This document shows positions 17,541-27,685 of a stretch of DNA of 41,331 nt, in pieces (within the stretch, counting starts at the first letter, position 1; each line of letters starts with the position of its first letter). A program made the translations under genes and the position numbers. The stretch comes from a virus. Taxonomy: Duplodnaviria > Caudoviricetes. Location of the stretch: the IMG/VR virus record IMGVR_UViG_3300042210_000071, positions 1 through 41,331 of that record. One strand, written 5' to 3'. The notes under the pieces were generated by a model. The model saw only the letters and a list, made by a program, of their open reading frames with translations, was not told where the DNA came from and made no database searches.

Positions 17541-18808
17541 TGGTTTATATAGACAGCAACGGATATTTGAACTTGAGTAGGTTACACCAAGCTCAGCAGG
17601 ATTTTATCCGCTCAAACCATCTACATACTGGTTTAGTTGGAGGTTACCAATCAGGCAAGAGTGTTGCCGGCACAACTAAGGTTCTGACTAAACTCTTGAA
17701 GAACCCAGGCGTTCCTTGCGCTTATTACCTACCTACCTACCGGCTGATCACCGATATGCTCGTTCCAAAGTTTGAAGCTCTCTTCGAATCACTTAAAATA
17801 CCTAACAGGCATCTGAAGCAAGACAGTAGCTTCGAGACGAAGTACGGAAAGATAATGATGAGGTCGCTCGACAACCCGAGCTCTATTGTGTCTTACTCGG
17901 TTGGCTATTCGCTTGTGGACGAATTTGACGTTATACCTGCCGCTAAGATGAAAATCACTAACGGTAGGGTTGTGGCAAGGAACAGCTACAAGAATCCTAA
18001 CGGAGAGCCGAACAGTATAGATTATGTATCCACGCCAGAGGGCTTTGGCTTTGCCTATCAGTTTTTTGTAAAAAATATTAACGAAAACAAGAAGCTCATC
18101 CGTATAAGTACGATCGATAATGAGAGTAATTTATCGGATAGTTACATTCAAGGCCTGCGGGAAGCTTACGATGAGAACCAGCTTAAAGCGTATTTAAACG
18201 GTGAGTTCGTAAACCTCACTTCCGGGACTGTTTATTACAATTTCGATAGGAATAGAAATCACACCGACAGGGTGTTGATGGATTCAGACACTACCATTCA
18301 TGTGGGGATGGACTTCAATATTACAAACATGAGCGCAACCATCAGGGTCATTGACGGCCAGCTTAGTTATGCTGTCGATGAAGTCACAGGATGCTACGAC
18401 ACGGCCAACATGATAGAGGTTCTAAAAAGCAGATATGCCACTTCAGGTAGAAAAATAATCGTGTATCCTGATGCGTCCGGAGATGCTCGCAACACAGCCG
18501 GTGACAGCGATATAAACCTATTGAGAAAAGCGGGTTTTACGATTAGAGTAAGTAGCTCTAATCCGTCAGTAAGAGATAGAATCAATACGGCCAATGCTTC
18601 TTTTCTCAACGCAAAAGGAGATGTCACGAATTATGTTAACACCAATAAGTGCCCAGACCTTACAGAGGCCTATGAGCAACTTAACTACAAAGCGGGTTTA
18701 CCAAATAAAGAGTCAGGATTTGACCACATAACCGATGCGGACACTTACTGCATTTATCAACAGAAAAAAGCAACAACGACATGGCAAGGATCGAGCAGGA
18801 TGGTATAA
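17540..18808 (+). CDS. terL: Terminase large subunit
   Basis: Walker A GGYQSGKS, Walker B SLVDE, STPEG, nuclease GMDFN, YPDASG, DHITDA. Confidence 0.93.
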   Translation: MVYIDSNGYLNLSRLHQAQQDFIRSNHLHTGLVGGYQSGKSVAGTTKVLTKLLKNPGVPCAYYLPTYRLITDMLVPKFEALFESLKIPNRHLKQDSSFETKYGKIMMRSLDNPSSIVSYSVGYSLVDEFDVIPAAKMKITNGRVVARNSYKNPNGEPNSIDYVSTPEGFGFAYQFFVKNINENKKLIRISTIDNESNLSDSYIQGLREAYDENQLKAYLNGEFVNLTSGTVYYNFDRNRNHTDRVLMDSDTTIHVGMDFNITNMSATIRVIDGQLSYAVDEVTGCYDTANMIEVLKSRYATSGRKIIVYPDASGDARNTAGDSDINLLRKAGFTIRVSSSNPSVRDRINTANASFLNAKGDVTNYVNTNKCPDLTEAYEQLNYKAGLPNKESGFDHITDADTYCIYQQKKATTTWQGSSRMV

Positions 18809-19389
18809 TAAGCTTGTTTGAAAACAGGCCTAAGCTTTCGGACTACGAGTCTTTAAGCAAGGGGCAGAAAGAGGCAGTTGATTCAATTGTCAAAACAGCC
18901 CTTAAGGATAACAATGTTCTGCGGGTAGGTGAAAGAAACCATCATCCAAAATTTGACGATTTTTGGATGATGCCTTGGAATAAACTCGTTGACGTAAGAG
19001 ATTGGATAAGCGCAGGCGGGATGTTCGAAGTCATGGCTATGATTTACAATATTGACGAACGACAGTTCTCAGATTTAGACATCTTCAATGCGTTTGCTTG
19101 TTACAAATGGATAGCTGATCAGGTTAAGACCATCTATGAGATTGAGAAGTCCAAGCTTTATGATACGCCGTCAGATGAAGAAGCTAATTTAGGAATTGAA
19201 GAACTCGCGGATTATGGCCATGCGGCAAACTTAGATCTGCTATCTGGAGGCGACATTACCAAGGAAGATGAAATATTCAGCAAACCGTATGCAATCATCT
19301 TTCAAAAACTTTGCTTGATAAGGACAAAAAACAACATTAAATTAAAACAAGTTCAAAATGCTAGTAGAAAAATTAAAAGCGGCTTCTAA
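18781..19389 (+). CDS. Hypothetical morphogenesis protein (possible tail assembly chaperone)
   Basis: Position and acidic helical composition only. Confidence 0.45.
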   Translation: MARIEQDGIISLFENRPKLSDYESLSKGQKEAVDSIVKTALKDNNVLRVGERNHHPKFDDFWMMPWNKLVDVRDWISAGGMFEVMAMIYNIDERQFSDLDIFNAFACYKWIADQVKTIYEIEKSKLYDTPSDEEANLGIEELADYGHAANLDLLSGGDITKEDEIFSKPYAIIFQKLCLIRTKNNIKLKQVQNASRKIKSGF

Positions 19390-19792
19390 CGACCTTGGAT
19401 TCTTGTTCGATTACGGAAAGGAGCATTGGCAAAACTTAGCCGATCTACCGAATGAGGATGACAAACCACCGCAAGACAGGACTGTTTATTTATTGCTTTT
19501 GTACAAGGATAGAAAAGTAGTTACGAATTCTTATAACTCAATTGAGTATCGAGAATACACGGGAGAGATGTTGTTGTGCGTCAGGTCTCAAATAACAGAC
19601 CCGGACTATAACTTTAAATACGAAAACCGGATAGAGCTACTTGAGCAGCGGTCAGAAGACCTCCTCGAAGCTTTAGGCGGGTTATGTGAAGGCTGGACGA
19701 TAAAGCTATGGTCTGAGTCGGAAGTTGAGAATCTATATGATACCAATGTGGATGGTTTAAAAATAAGATACACGATTACAGATGAGAAGTGA
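19358..19792 (+). CDS. Putative tail terminator/completion protein
   Basis: 144 aa, acidic, beta-rich C-terminus; position. Confidence 0.4.
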   Translation: MLVEKLKAASNDLGFLFDYGKEHWQNLADLPNEDDKPPQDRTVYLLLLYKDRKVVTNSYNSIEYREYTGEMLLCVRSQITDPDYNFKYENRIELLEQRSEDLLEALGGLCEGWTIKLWSESEVENLYDTNVDGLKIRYTITDEK

Positions 19793-20255
19793 GGAAGTTA
19801 TTTACCGTGAATATTTACTAAAGCTAAAGGCGAAGCTCATTGATAAATACAACGAGCTTGGGCTGAGGGCTTCCGGGAAATACGAGAAAGAGCTTGAGGA
19901 GGAAATCATCAACAACAAACTCATCATGTGGGGTGCCTTCCATTCGCAATTCATGGAGAGCGGACGGGATAAAGGAAAGTTTCCACCTCGAAAAGCCATC
20001 GAGGATTGGATAGAAGTCAAGCAAGGCCTTCCGGAAGTGTTCCGGGAAAAGAAAAAGCAGTTCGCATTCCTAATAGCAAGGAAGATCGCTAAACAGGGCA
20101 TAGTCGTTCCGAACGAATTCAACGCCGGGGAGGTCGTTTCGTCTGTTGTCAATTCCTTTTTAGGTGACGACCTCAACGAAATGTCGGAAGAGTTAGGGAT
20201 AATTTGGCTCAGAAGAATACAGTCAGATGTTGTTCAATTATTAAAAGTAGCATAA
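19782..20255 (+). CDS. Putative neck/tail completion protein
   Basis: ASG...E.GR..GKFPP...AFLIARKI...G pattern; position. Confidence 0.5.
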   Translation: MRSEEVIYREYLLKLKAKLIDKYNELGLRASGKYEKELEEEIINNKLIMWGAFHSQFMESGRDKGKFPPRKAIEDWIEVKQGLPEVFREKKKQFAFLIARKIAKQGIVVPNEFNAGEVVSSVVNSFLGDDLNEMSEELGIIWLRRIQSDVVQLLKVA

Positions 20256-20256
20256 T

Positions 20257-21369
20257 ATGGCAATCACATTCACAAAGGAGCCTCAAGGGAATCTATTAAA
20301 CGCTTATAATAATTCTATCGTCGAATTCACAACCGACATAGGCACAGCCGCCCGTGCTATCATTCGCGTAGGGTCGTTCGTGTTTGACATTACGCCTATT
20401 CAAAATGTATTCTTTTTTAATTTCAAAAGGATCGTTTCTGTGCTCATAAATCAGGATAATTTTTCAGACACAATAAGTGTCGATTTACCAACCAGCTTCA
20501 ATTTTCAGGATCCAAAGCTTTATCTCGAATTCACTTTCGACATCGAAATAATTAAAACCACCGGGGTTTCAGAATCCGTAAGTAAGACTTACAAATACCT
20601 CAAATCAGTTAAGCAACTACTCGGGCAGAGAATATCAGAAAGCGAGGAGCTGCGGATATTACTTCCCTCGATTGACACTAATAAATATCTCACCTACTTC
20701 GAGGGTTTACCAATCGATGTGGCTATTTATTCAAGCTCGGCCCGGCAGATTTCTATTTTAAACAAACGCACCGGTACTATATTTCAACTTCAATTAGCCA
20801 AAGGAGTTAATCGTATCTTTATATCGAACGGCGAAAATGACAACCAAGGATTTGAGGGCATGCTACCGCTTTTGATTGGGATTAACCAACTCGAAATAAC
20901 TTTTGATGTTGTCAAAAAAGTAATGCTATATATTACGAAAAGAGAAGTTCGTTGCGGCACTTATCTAAAGTGGTTCAATCAAAGCGGAGGTTGGTCTTAT
21001 TGGCGTTTCAGAAATCATTTCACGGAAAAAGAAAACACGAAATCTTTGGGTGAAATAAACAATGATTCTTTTAACATTGAAGATGGCCAGTCAAACACGT
21101 TGACCGTTGGTAAAACATCTGATGCCGAAAGAAATGTAAGTTCAGGACTAATGACCGAAGAAGAGAGGTTGCATTTGGTTGAGTTGCTAACATCGCCCCG
21201 TGTCTTTATTTATGATAATGATAGTTTACAGCCATTCTCTTTGACGGATTGGAAGGCCGTTGATGTCAAATCGGGGAGTAAAGACACCAAAGACACAAAG
21301 AAAATCAAATCTGAGTTGGAGTTGACTGTTCAGCTTCCAGAAATAAATACGCAAGTTTATGCCGGTTGA
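20257..21369 (+). CDS. Putative tail (distal/baseplate) protein
   Basis: Beta-rich; WFNQSGGWSYW and LLTSPRV motifs typical of Bacteroidota phage tail proteins. Confidence 0.5.
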   Translation: MAITFTKEPQGNLLNAYNNSIVEFTTDIGTAARAIIRVGSFVFDITPIQNVFFFNFKRIVSVLINQDNFSDTISVDLPTSFNFQDPKLYLEFTFDIEIIKTTGVSESVSKTYKYLKSVKQLLGQRISESEELRILLPSIDTNKYLTYFEGLPIDVAIYSSSARQISILNKRTGTIFQLQLAKGVNRIFISNGENDNQGFEGMLPLLIGINQLEITFDVVKKVMLYITKREVRCGTYLKWFNQSGGWSYWRFRNHFTEKENTKSLGEINNDSFNIEDGQSNTLTVGKTSDAERNVSSGLMTEEERLHLVELLTSPRVFIYDNDSLQPFSLTDWKAVDVKSGSKDTKDTKKIKSELELTVQLPEINTQVYAG

Positions 21370-23380
21370 AGTTTACATTGATGGTTTGAAACTAGATACT
21401 GATGCCTCTACGAAAATCGCGGAGACAAAGCAGATCAATGATTTTTTTGAAATAAGCCAACGTCAGACATCTTACACGAACACGATTAGGTTTCCAAAAA
21501 CAGACAAGAATATTGCGATATTAAATGGTATGGACATACCCGGCAATACTTCGATGTCACCTTACCGCGTTCACAACGTCTCGATTTTCCGGAATGGAAT
21601 TCAGACAGTATCTGATGGTATCGGGTTCCTGAACGATACCGACACTTCATTTAATTTATTCGTTTATTCCGAAAACATAGATTTGTTTGACTCAATCGGC
21701 GGAAAATCAATAGCAGATCTTAATCTCACATTTCTCAACCACGATTTAGGCATTGGTACATGGTTATCATCGTTCTCAAGAAACGATTACGTTTACCCGC
21801 TGGCAGATTACGGCAAGACGGAAGGCGACACCGTTGAGGTGAACTACCAAATACCGGCATTGTTCGTTGCGTTTTTATGGAACAAAATTTTCACAGACAA
21901 CGGGTTCTCTTATAAGTATGCCGGGAGGGCTAATCAGAGCGACTTCAATCCTTTCATCAAGCAGGAATGGAAAGAACTGGCCATATCAATAGACGAGGGT
22001 TTGCCTGTCAAACAGGAAAGTGTAACCGCGATTAAAAAACTCGAGCTTTCAAAAATCAAGGTCACAGAAATTGAAGGTAAAATTATCAATCCGCTTGGCA
22101 ACTCGATAGTTGTGCAGAAAGCGACTGGCGATATAGTTGAATACATGAGGTTCTTGACAGTCTTTGACCCGGATTCGTTGCACGTCATAACGAATGCTGC
22201 TCAGTTGAACAGGTCAAGAATTCGTGTAAAGGAAGATGGTTTTTATAAAATTGCCGTTACCGGTGTATTTTTCAACCTCGAAACAGACAGTGCAGCAATG
22301 TTCATCGAAAAAGGAGGCGTTGATCTGTTTACTTTATCTGACAACTTGCCCGAGCTTCAGAGCTCTTTTGGTTTTTCAAACAAAGTATGGCTCAGGGCCA
22401 ACGAAGAATTGCTTTTTAAAGTGGTCAGTAAACCGAAGGACGGCAGATCGTTCTACTCTTATGATATCAACATAGTCTTTGAACTTGACAATTCTGTCAA
22501 TAATATTAATTTCAGTTCATACCTGTCTAAAATTAAGCAAAAGGATTTTCTGAAAGATGTCATGCATCACTATGGATTGATGTTCCGGCGCATTGGCAAA
22601 ATTTACGAATTCATCGCGTTTGATGAAATTCTCGATCCAACTGCAAGTTATAGTAATCCGCAACTCATCAAACCTGAAGACATATTTATTGATTGGTCTA
22701 ATAAATTTCAACGTTTGACGAAGGAATCAACCAACCTTGGCATGTACGCCAAGCGAAATTTGTTTAAATATCGATACGCCAATCCTGACGACAACTATGC
22801 AGATGGATCTATCACGATAGACGATCAAACTTTGGATGATGAAATCACTTTAATTGAAAGGTTATATCGCGCACCCGACAGCTCGAGCCTTAGGATAAAC
22901 AATCAAATTTTAAGGAGTTGCCCTTTCTACGAGAAAGAGCTAAATGACGATGGATCAATTAAATCAATTAAGCCAATCAAAGGAGAGCCTTATTTCTTTA
23001 AGGTTGTCAAACAGCAAATGTCTTTGAAATACAAGCTTGCAGGTTCCTCAGGCAATAGCGTGTTTCTTGGGAATGTTCCTGTGGCATCTTTTGATGATCT
23101 TGACTTCAACAACATCATTGCAACGAGGTACTCAGCCTTAGCTAACACGCTCAATTACGGCAGAAAGATATCCGCAGTTATGAAACTAAACGAGCTTGAC
23201 GTTAACAGGCTTGATTTCTTCAAGCTCATCTATCTTAAACAGGAAGGGAAATTATTTTACATTAACAAGTTGCCAAACTTCACGGGCGACGAGTTCACGT
23301 CTATTGATCTATTACAAGTTCGGTCGATAGAGAAACTCGGAGAGTTCAGCGATGATTTTGGTGATGATTTTAACAATTAG
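21359..23380 (+). CDS. Putative tail tip/hub protein
   Basis: TSYTNTIRFPKT..N N-terminus, FSDDFGDDFN C-terminus; position. Confidence 0.55.
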   Translation: MPVEVYIDGLKLDTDASTKIAETKQINDFFEISQRQTSYTNTIRFPKTDKNIAILNGMDIPGNTSMSPYRVHNVSIFRNGIQTVSDGIGFLNDTDTSFNLFVYSENIDLFDSIGGKSIADLNLTFLNHDLGIGTWLSSFSRNDYVYPLADYGKTEGDTVEVNYQIPALFVAFLWNKIFTDNGFSYKYAGRANQSDFNPFIKQEWKELAISIDEGLPVKQESVTAIKKLELSKIKVTEIEGKIINPLGNSIVVQKATGDIVEYMRFLTVFDPDSLHVITNAAQLNRSRIRVKEDGFYKIAVTGVFFNLETDSAAMFIEKGGVDLFTLSDNLPELQSSFGFSNKVWLRANEELLFKVVSKPKDGRSFYSYDINIVFELDNSVNNINFSSYLSKIKQKDFLKDVMHHYGLMFRRIGKIYEFIAFDEILDPTASYSNPQLIKPEDIFIDWSNKFQRLTKESTNLGMYAKRNLFKYRYANPDDNYADGSITIDDQTLDDEITLIERLYRAPDSSSLRINNQILRSCPFYEKELNDDGSIKSIKPIKGEPYFFKVVKQQMSLKYKLAGSSGNSVFLGNVPVASFDDLDFNNIIATRYSALANTLNYGRKISAVMKLNELDVNRLDFFKLIYLKQEGKLFYINKLPNFTGDEFTSIDLLQVRSIEKLGEFSDDFGDDFNN

Positions 23381-23384
23381 CAAA

Positions 23385-23906
23385 ATGGCAAAGACAAGAA
23401 ACGCAATCACTCAGGCCGTCAATGGTAACATCTTTGACAACAATAACAAGGAGATTCTCGCCGCAATGGTCAGGTCTGTACTTGCCGATTACAGAGATTC
23501 TTATTTCAACCTCATAGATGATAGGCTGAAAGCAATGTTCTATGACGGCAACGTTACGCTGGAACAGCATCTAAATAATATCGTAGGTGCAATTCCGAAA
23601 TTTGGGACGATTATCGGCGTTGATCCTGACGGAACGTTGGCAACCTATTCTGTCAGCGGAATCATTTCATCAGCAGCATCTATCGACAAAGGAGCAGACG
23701 CTTCTGTAATTGAGGTAAATTTCTCCGAAAGCATCGCCAATAGAAGATTGATACCGGTGATTGCATTCACACATAACGAGTGGTGGAAGACTGACGACTT
23801 TACAATGATGTCAATCAGAAGGATATCATCTACGAAAATTAACCTCATCGTTCGCGAGATAAAAGGCGACACTCAAAATATTAACATCGAAATCATCGCG
23901 ATATGA
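23385..23906 (+). CDS. Hypothetical virion protein
   Basis: ATG 23385 after the previous stop; ATGA overlap with the tape measure gene. Confidence 0.55.
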   Translation: MAKTRNAITQAVNGNIFDNNNKEILAAMVRSVLADYRDSYFNLIDDRLKAMFYDGNVTLEQHLNNIVGAIPKFGTIIGVDPDGTLATYSVSGIISSAASIDKGADASVIEVNFSESIANRRLIPVIAFTHNEWWKTDDFTMMSIRRISSTKINLIVREIKGDTQNINIEIIAI

Positions 23907-26848
23907 ACGAGAAGCAAAAATTATTAGAGATAGACATTGACATCGAGTCGCTTTCAAAAAAAGCGGCAGACGCGAAGAAGTCACTTGAGTTCCTGAAGAG
24001 CGAAGCGTCGTTTTTCCAAAAAGCCATAAGCGAGGGAAACACGATTATAGACTCTTACAAGACAGGGCTTGCCGCGATGGAAAAGCAGGGCAAGACCAAC
24101 ACGGAAAGGTTTAGAATAATGACAAAAAATCTTGAAGCTTCCACAAAGAAGCAGGAGGAGAATAGGCAGAGTCTTGAGGTAATGAACTCTAATATCCGCA
24201 AGCAGACAATTGAACTCCGCTCGGCAGGCCAGCAGATAGACGCTTACAACAAAGTTGCGGGAGCGGAGGTGAAAGTAATCAAAGACACTGACGGCTCGAT
24301 ACTTCAAATAAACGCCGCGCTTCAAGCCAACATCAAACAATACAAATCATTGTCGGCAGAACAAAGGGCTAATTCAGCAATCGGTGGCGAGCTCAAGCGG
24401 GTGATCAACGAACAAGATTCGGAGTTCAAAGAATTGAGTAAATCAATAGGTATCAATCAGGTTGAGGTCGGTAACTATAAAGAGCAGATAAAGCAAGCAC
24501 TATTGGAAACTTCAGGGTTCACGATTACCCTTGAGCGGCAGATATCTCAGATACCGGTAGTTGGAAGATCGTTGTTGGCACTCACAGAAACAGGAAGAAG
24601 TTATGCACAAGCCCAAATTGCTGGAGCGCTAGCTACAGGCACAAGCACGACTGCTTTAAAAGCATTCAAGATTGCATTGATATCAACAGGGATTGGGGTT
24701 ATTTTAGTGGCACTTGGCAGTTTAGTAGCTTTCTTGGCATCAACGCAGGAAGGAATCAATAATGTAAATAAAGTTCTGGTCCCGCTTAAAACGATCTTTG
24801 CTTCGCTTTTCGGATTGGTTCAGGACTTCGGTAAATCATTATTTGAGGCTTTCTCAAATCCGAAAAAAATAATAAAAGAATTAGTAGATGTTTTAGTGCA
24901 AAGCGCGATCAATAAATTCAAAGGGCTTAAACAAATCATAACGGGAATTTTCACGTTTGACAGCAAGAAGATCAAGGAAGGCTTTAACACAGCCACTCAG
25001 CTCGAACAGCAAATTCTTGGTAAAGTTCTTAGCACAGGCAAGGCAATTGCAGACACAATTGCGGAAGCGGCAAAGCGAGGTGCTAGGATAGCCGAAATTC
25101 AAAGGCAGTTAAGCGCGTCAGAAGCCGATTTCATAACGCTCCAAGCGCAATCAAGAGAGGCATTTAAAGAACAAAACAAAATTGCCGAGGATCAAACCAA
25201 GTCGTTAGCAGATAGAGAGGAAGCCGCTAAACGCGCTATCGAAATAATAAAAGCTGCAAACGAAGAGGTTCGCAAGAGAAACGCACTTGAGGTTGAGCAA
25301 CTTAAATTACAACAAGCATCAAACGACACGAGCGATGCGGAACGAGCAGAGTTGGCTAAAAAAGTAGCAGAGGTAGTACTGGCCAACGCACAACTGTTAG
25401 AAGAGGAGACGACCGCACAAAACAAACTGAACATCATCAGAAAGACAGCCAATGACCAAGCCATCAAAATAGCTAAAGAAAGAATCGATGCTGAAATCAA
25501 AGCATCGCGAGTAGCTATAGATAGGTTTGTGCTCGAAAACACGAGCATTAATAGTACACTTAAAGAGAGAACTGACCTAATCAAAACTACCTTAGACAAA
25601 GAACTGAAGCTTCTTGACGATCAACTAAAAGCAAAACAGATAACTCAAGATGAATTTGAACTGGCTCAACTCGAAGCCAAAAAAGACGCACTTCAAAAAA
25701 CGAGCGAAGCCGTTGTTGCAAATGCAGAGAAGGAACTCGAACTTTTCATCGCTCAAAACAGGTCAAAAATTGACAACGACACCTTGCTCACTGGAGAGCT
25801 TGTCAGTTCTGAACAGTCAAGGCTTCAGGAGTTATTCGATAGGAGAATGGCAATTCTCGAAGAGCAACGTACCTCTGAGCTAATCAGTGAGCAAGATTTC
25901 CAAATAAAAAAATTAGAATCGCAGTTCGATTTCTTGCAATCTCAAAAAGAACTTGAGGACGAATTCAAATTGCAAAAAGCAGAAGCCGAGCAACTTGATT
26001 TTGAAAACGACATAGAGATCCGCAGGCTCAGGGGAGAATCAGAATTCCAGTTGAAGCTTGAAGAAATCGAACGGCAGAGGATTGCTGAAGTTGAGGACGC
26101 GAGGCGTAGGGGTGCGGATGTCACTAAGGTTGAAGATAAGTTTTCTGAAATCAGCAAAGGAATTAAGGAGGATGAGATTAGCTTTAAACGACAATTGCAA
26201 GCAGATTTATTCGGAGACGTGGCTGAATTATTAGGCAAAGAGACAATTGCAGGAAAAGCCGCAGGGATCGCGCAGGCAACAATAAATACCTTTCAGGGCG
26301 TATCTGAAGTTTGGCGTTCAAAGTCTACCCTTCCTGAACCATTCGCAACCGCACAAAAGGTTATAAGCACAGGTATCGTGCTGAAAAGCGGTTTATCTGC
26401 GGTGAAAGAAATAACAAAAGTGAAGCCCCCGAAAGCCGAACGAGGAATTTCTTTCACGATTGGCGGCAAAAGGCATTCGCAGGGTGGCACGCTATTCAGA
26501 GGTTCAGACGGATCAGCTTTCGAGGCTGAGAAAGACGAACGACTATTTGTATTGAACAGAAAGTCATCAGCGGCATTGGCACCGCTATTGTCAGACATTA
26601 ACCAAGCTTATGGAGGTGTGTCTCTTTCAAATAAATCATCGTACCTCGCTGCCGGTGGCGAAATTTTGAGAACTGCACAGCAGACGCAAAGTACGACTAT
26701 CAAGGTCGAAACGCAAAGCATCGCCGACACCATCGGAAATAAATTCGTAGAAGCTGTCAGCCAATTGCCTCCGCAGTTCGTGTCTGTGACTGAGATAAGC
26801 GATGTATCTAGAAACCTTTCAAAGGTTGTAGAAGGCGCGAATATATGA
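23903..26848 (+). CDS. Tail tape measure protein
   Basis: 981 aa, Ala/Lys/Glu-rich helical, VGNY motif, TM segment ALISTGIGVILVALGSLV, C-terminal GKRHSQGG. Confidence 0.85.
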   Translation: MNEKQKLLEIDIDIESLSKKAADAKKSLEFLKSEASFFQKAISEGNTIIDSYKTGLAAMEKQGKTNTERFRIMTKNLEASTKKQEENRQSLEVMNSNIRKQTIELRSAGQQIDAYNKVAGAEVKVIKDTDGSILQINAALQANIKQYKSLSAEQRANSAIGGELKRVINEQDSEFKELSKSIGINQVEVGNYKEQIKQALLETSGFTITLERQISQIPVVGRSLLALTETGRSYAQAQIAGALATGTSTTALKAFKIALISTGIGVILVALGSLVAFLASTQEGINNVNKVLVPLKTIFASLFGLVQDFGKSLFEAFSNPKKIIKELVDVLVQSAINKFKGLKQIITGIFTFDSKKIKEGFNTATQLEQQILGKVLSTGKAIADTIAEAAKRGARIAEIQRQLSASEADFITLQAQSREAFKEQNKIAEDQTKSLADREEAAKRAIEIIKAANEEVRKRNALEVEQLKLQQASNDTSDAERAELAKKVAEVVLANAQLLEEETTAQNKLNIIRKTANDQAIKIAKERIDAEIKASRVAIDRFVLENTSINSTLKERTDLIKTTLDKELKLLDDQLKAKQITQDEFELAQLEAKKDALQKTSEAVVANAEKELELFIAQNRSKIDNDTLLTGELVSSEQSRLQELFDRRMAILEEQRTSELISEQDFQIKKLESQFDFLQSQKELEDEFKLQKAEAEQLDFENDIEIRRLRGESEFQLKLEEIERQRIAEVEDARRRGADVTKVEDKFSEISKGIKEDEISFKRQLQADLFGDVAELLGKETIAGKAAGIAQATINTFQGVSEVWRSKSTLPEPFATAQKVISTGIVLKSGLSAVKEITKVKPPKAERGISFTIGGKRHSQGGTLFRGSDGSAFEAEKDERLFVLNRKSSAALAPLLSDINQAYGGVSLSNKSSYLAAGGEILRTAQQTQSTTIKVETQSIADTIGNKFVEAVSQLPPQFVSVTEISDVSRNLSKVVEGANI

Positions 26849-27096
26849 GAAAAGTAGCAGACATATTATCAGGTTACAAGGGCTACTTCATCATGGACTT
26901 GGAAGTCGAAGAGGTGGCAAAAGAAAGGGCCGGTTTCTGTGCCGAGTGCGAGCATGCCAAAGAGGGGTTACATTCTGTGATAGTCCCTGACATGCGAATA
27001 AAAGAAATAAGCGGGCATTACTGCGGCTTGTGCTATTGCCCGCTACCCGCTATTGTGAGATCAAAAGGATACAAATGTAAAGCCGGGAAATGGTAA
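26845..27096 (+). CDS. Small Cys-rich (zinc-binding) protein
   Basis: CAEC...CGLCYCP...CKAGKW. Confidence 0.65.
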   Translation: MRKVADILSGYKGYFIMDLEVEEVAKERAGFCAECEHAKEGLHSVIVPDMRIKEISGHYCGLCYCPLPAIVRSKGYKCKAGKW

Positions 27097-27317
27097 CGCT
27101 ATACGAGAAATTGCGCAAAAAAAAAGAAGCAATCAAAGAGCTTACCATGATTGGTGTTATCTCTCCGGTTTGGGTCCGTGACATTGAAATCTTTGAATCT
27201 TATTCAGCACTACCGGAGAATCTTTGTTGCTATTGCAAGCACGAGGTGTTGGCTGAAAAGTATAAGATCAGTGCGGACCGAGTGAAGAGAATTGTGTTGA
27301 AGCTCGGTAGGTCTTAA
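27090..27317 (+). CDS. Small HTH protein (possible late regulator)
   Basis: C-terminal LAEKYKISADRVKRIV HTH pattern. Confidence 0.55.
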   Translation: MVTLYEKLRKKKEAIKELTMIGVISPVWVRDIEIFESYSALPENLCCYCKHEVLAEKYKISADRVKRIVLKLGRS

Positions 27318-27595
27318 CGTTTGCTCATAGGTATTCCGATTTCTCTTTCAAACCGAAGCTCTTCCGGTGTCTTAAATTTATCTATGGGAAGGTCCCCACC
27401 TGTTTTATCGAGCCAGTCCATATATTCATCATAAGAGGAATCATTCACCCTGCGCATGATGTGGGCTTGAATGTATGGATTTTCAGGATCATATTTTGGT
27501 TCCTTCTCAAATAGCTTGAATGTGAAATTAACAAGCTTTATCCAAAATCGGATTAAAAAGTAAGCCAGCACGATACCTGTGATTAAGATTACCAT
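27314..27595 (-). CDS. Single-TM membrane protein (moron-like)
   Basis: Only reverse-oriented gene in the late region; N-terminal TM; own -7 element. Confidence 0.65.
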   Translation of the reverse strand: MVILITGIVLAYFLIRFWIKLVNFTFKLFEKEPKYDPENPYIQAHIMRRVNDSSYDEYMDWLDKTGGDLPIDKFKTPEELRFEREIGIPMSKR

Positions 27596-27599
27596 AAAA

Positions 27600-27671
27600 C
27601 AAATATAATGATTTAGGTTGAAAATGCAACCTACTTAATGCTAAATTACTGAGATACCTTTGATATCAAAG
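27600..27671. promoter_or_regulatory. Divergent promoter region with two palindromes
   Basis: Minus -7 TATATTTG (27607-27600); TAGGTTG-N6-CAACCTA (27614-27633); plus -7 TACCTTTG (27655-27662); CTTTGATATCAAAG (27658-27671). Confidence 0.6.
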
Positions 27672-27685
27672 TTTTTACTGTAAAA

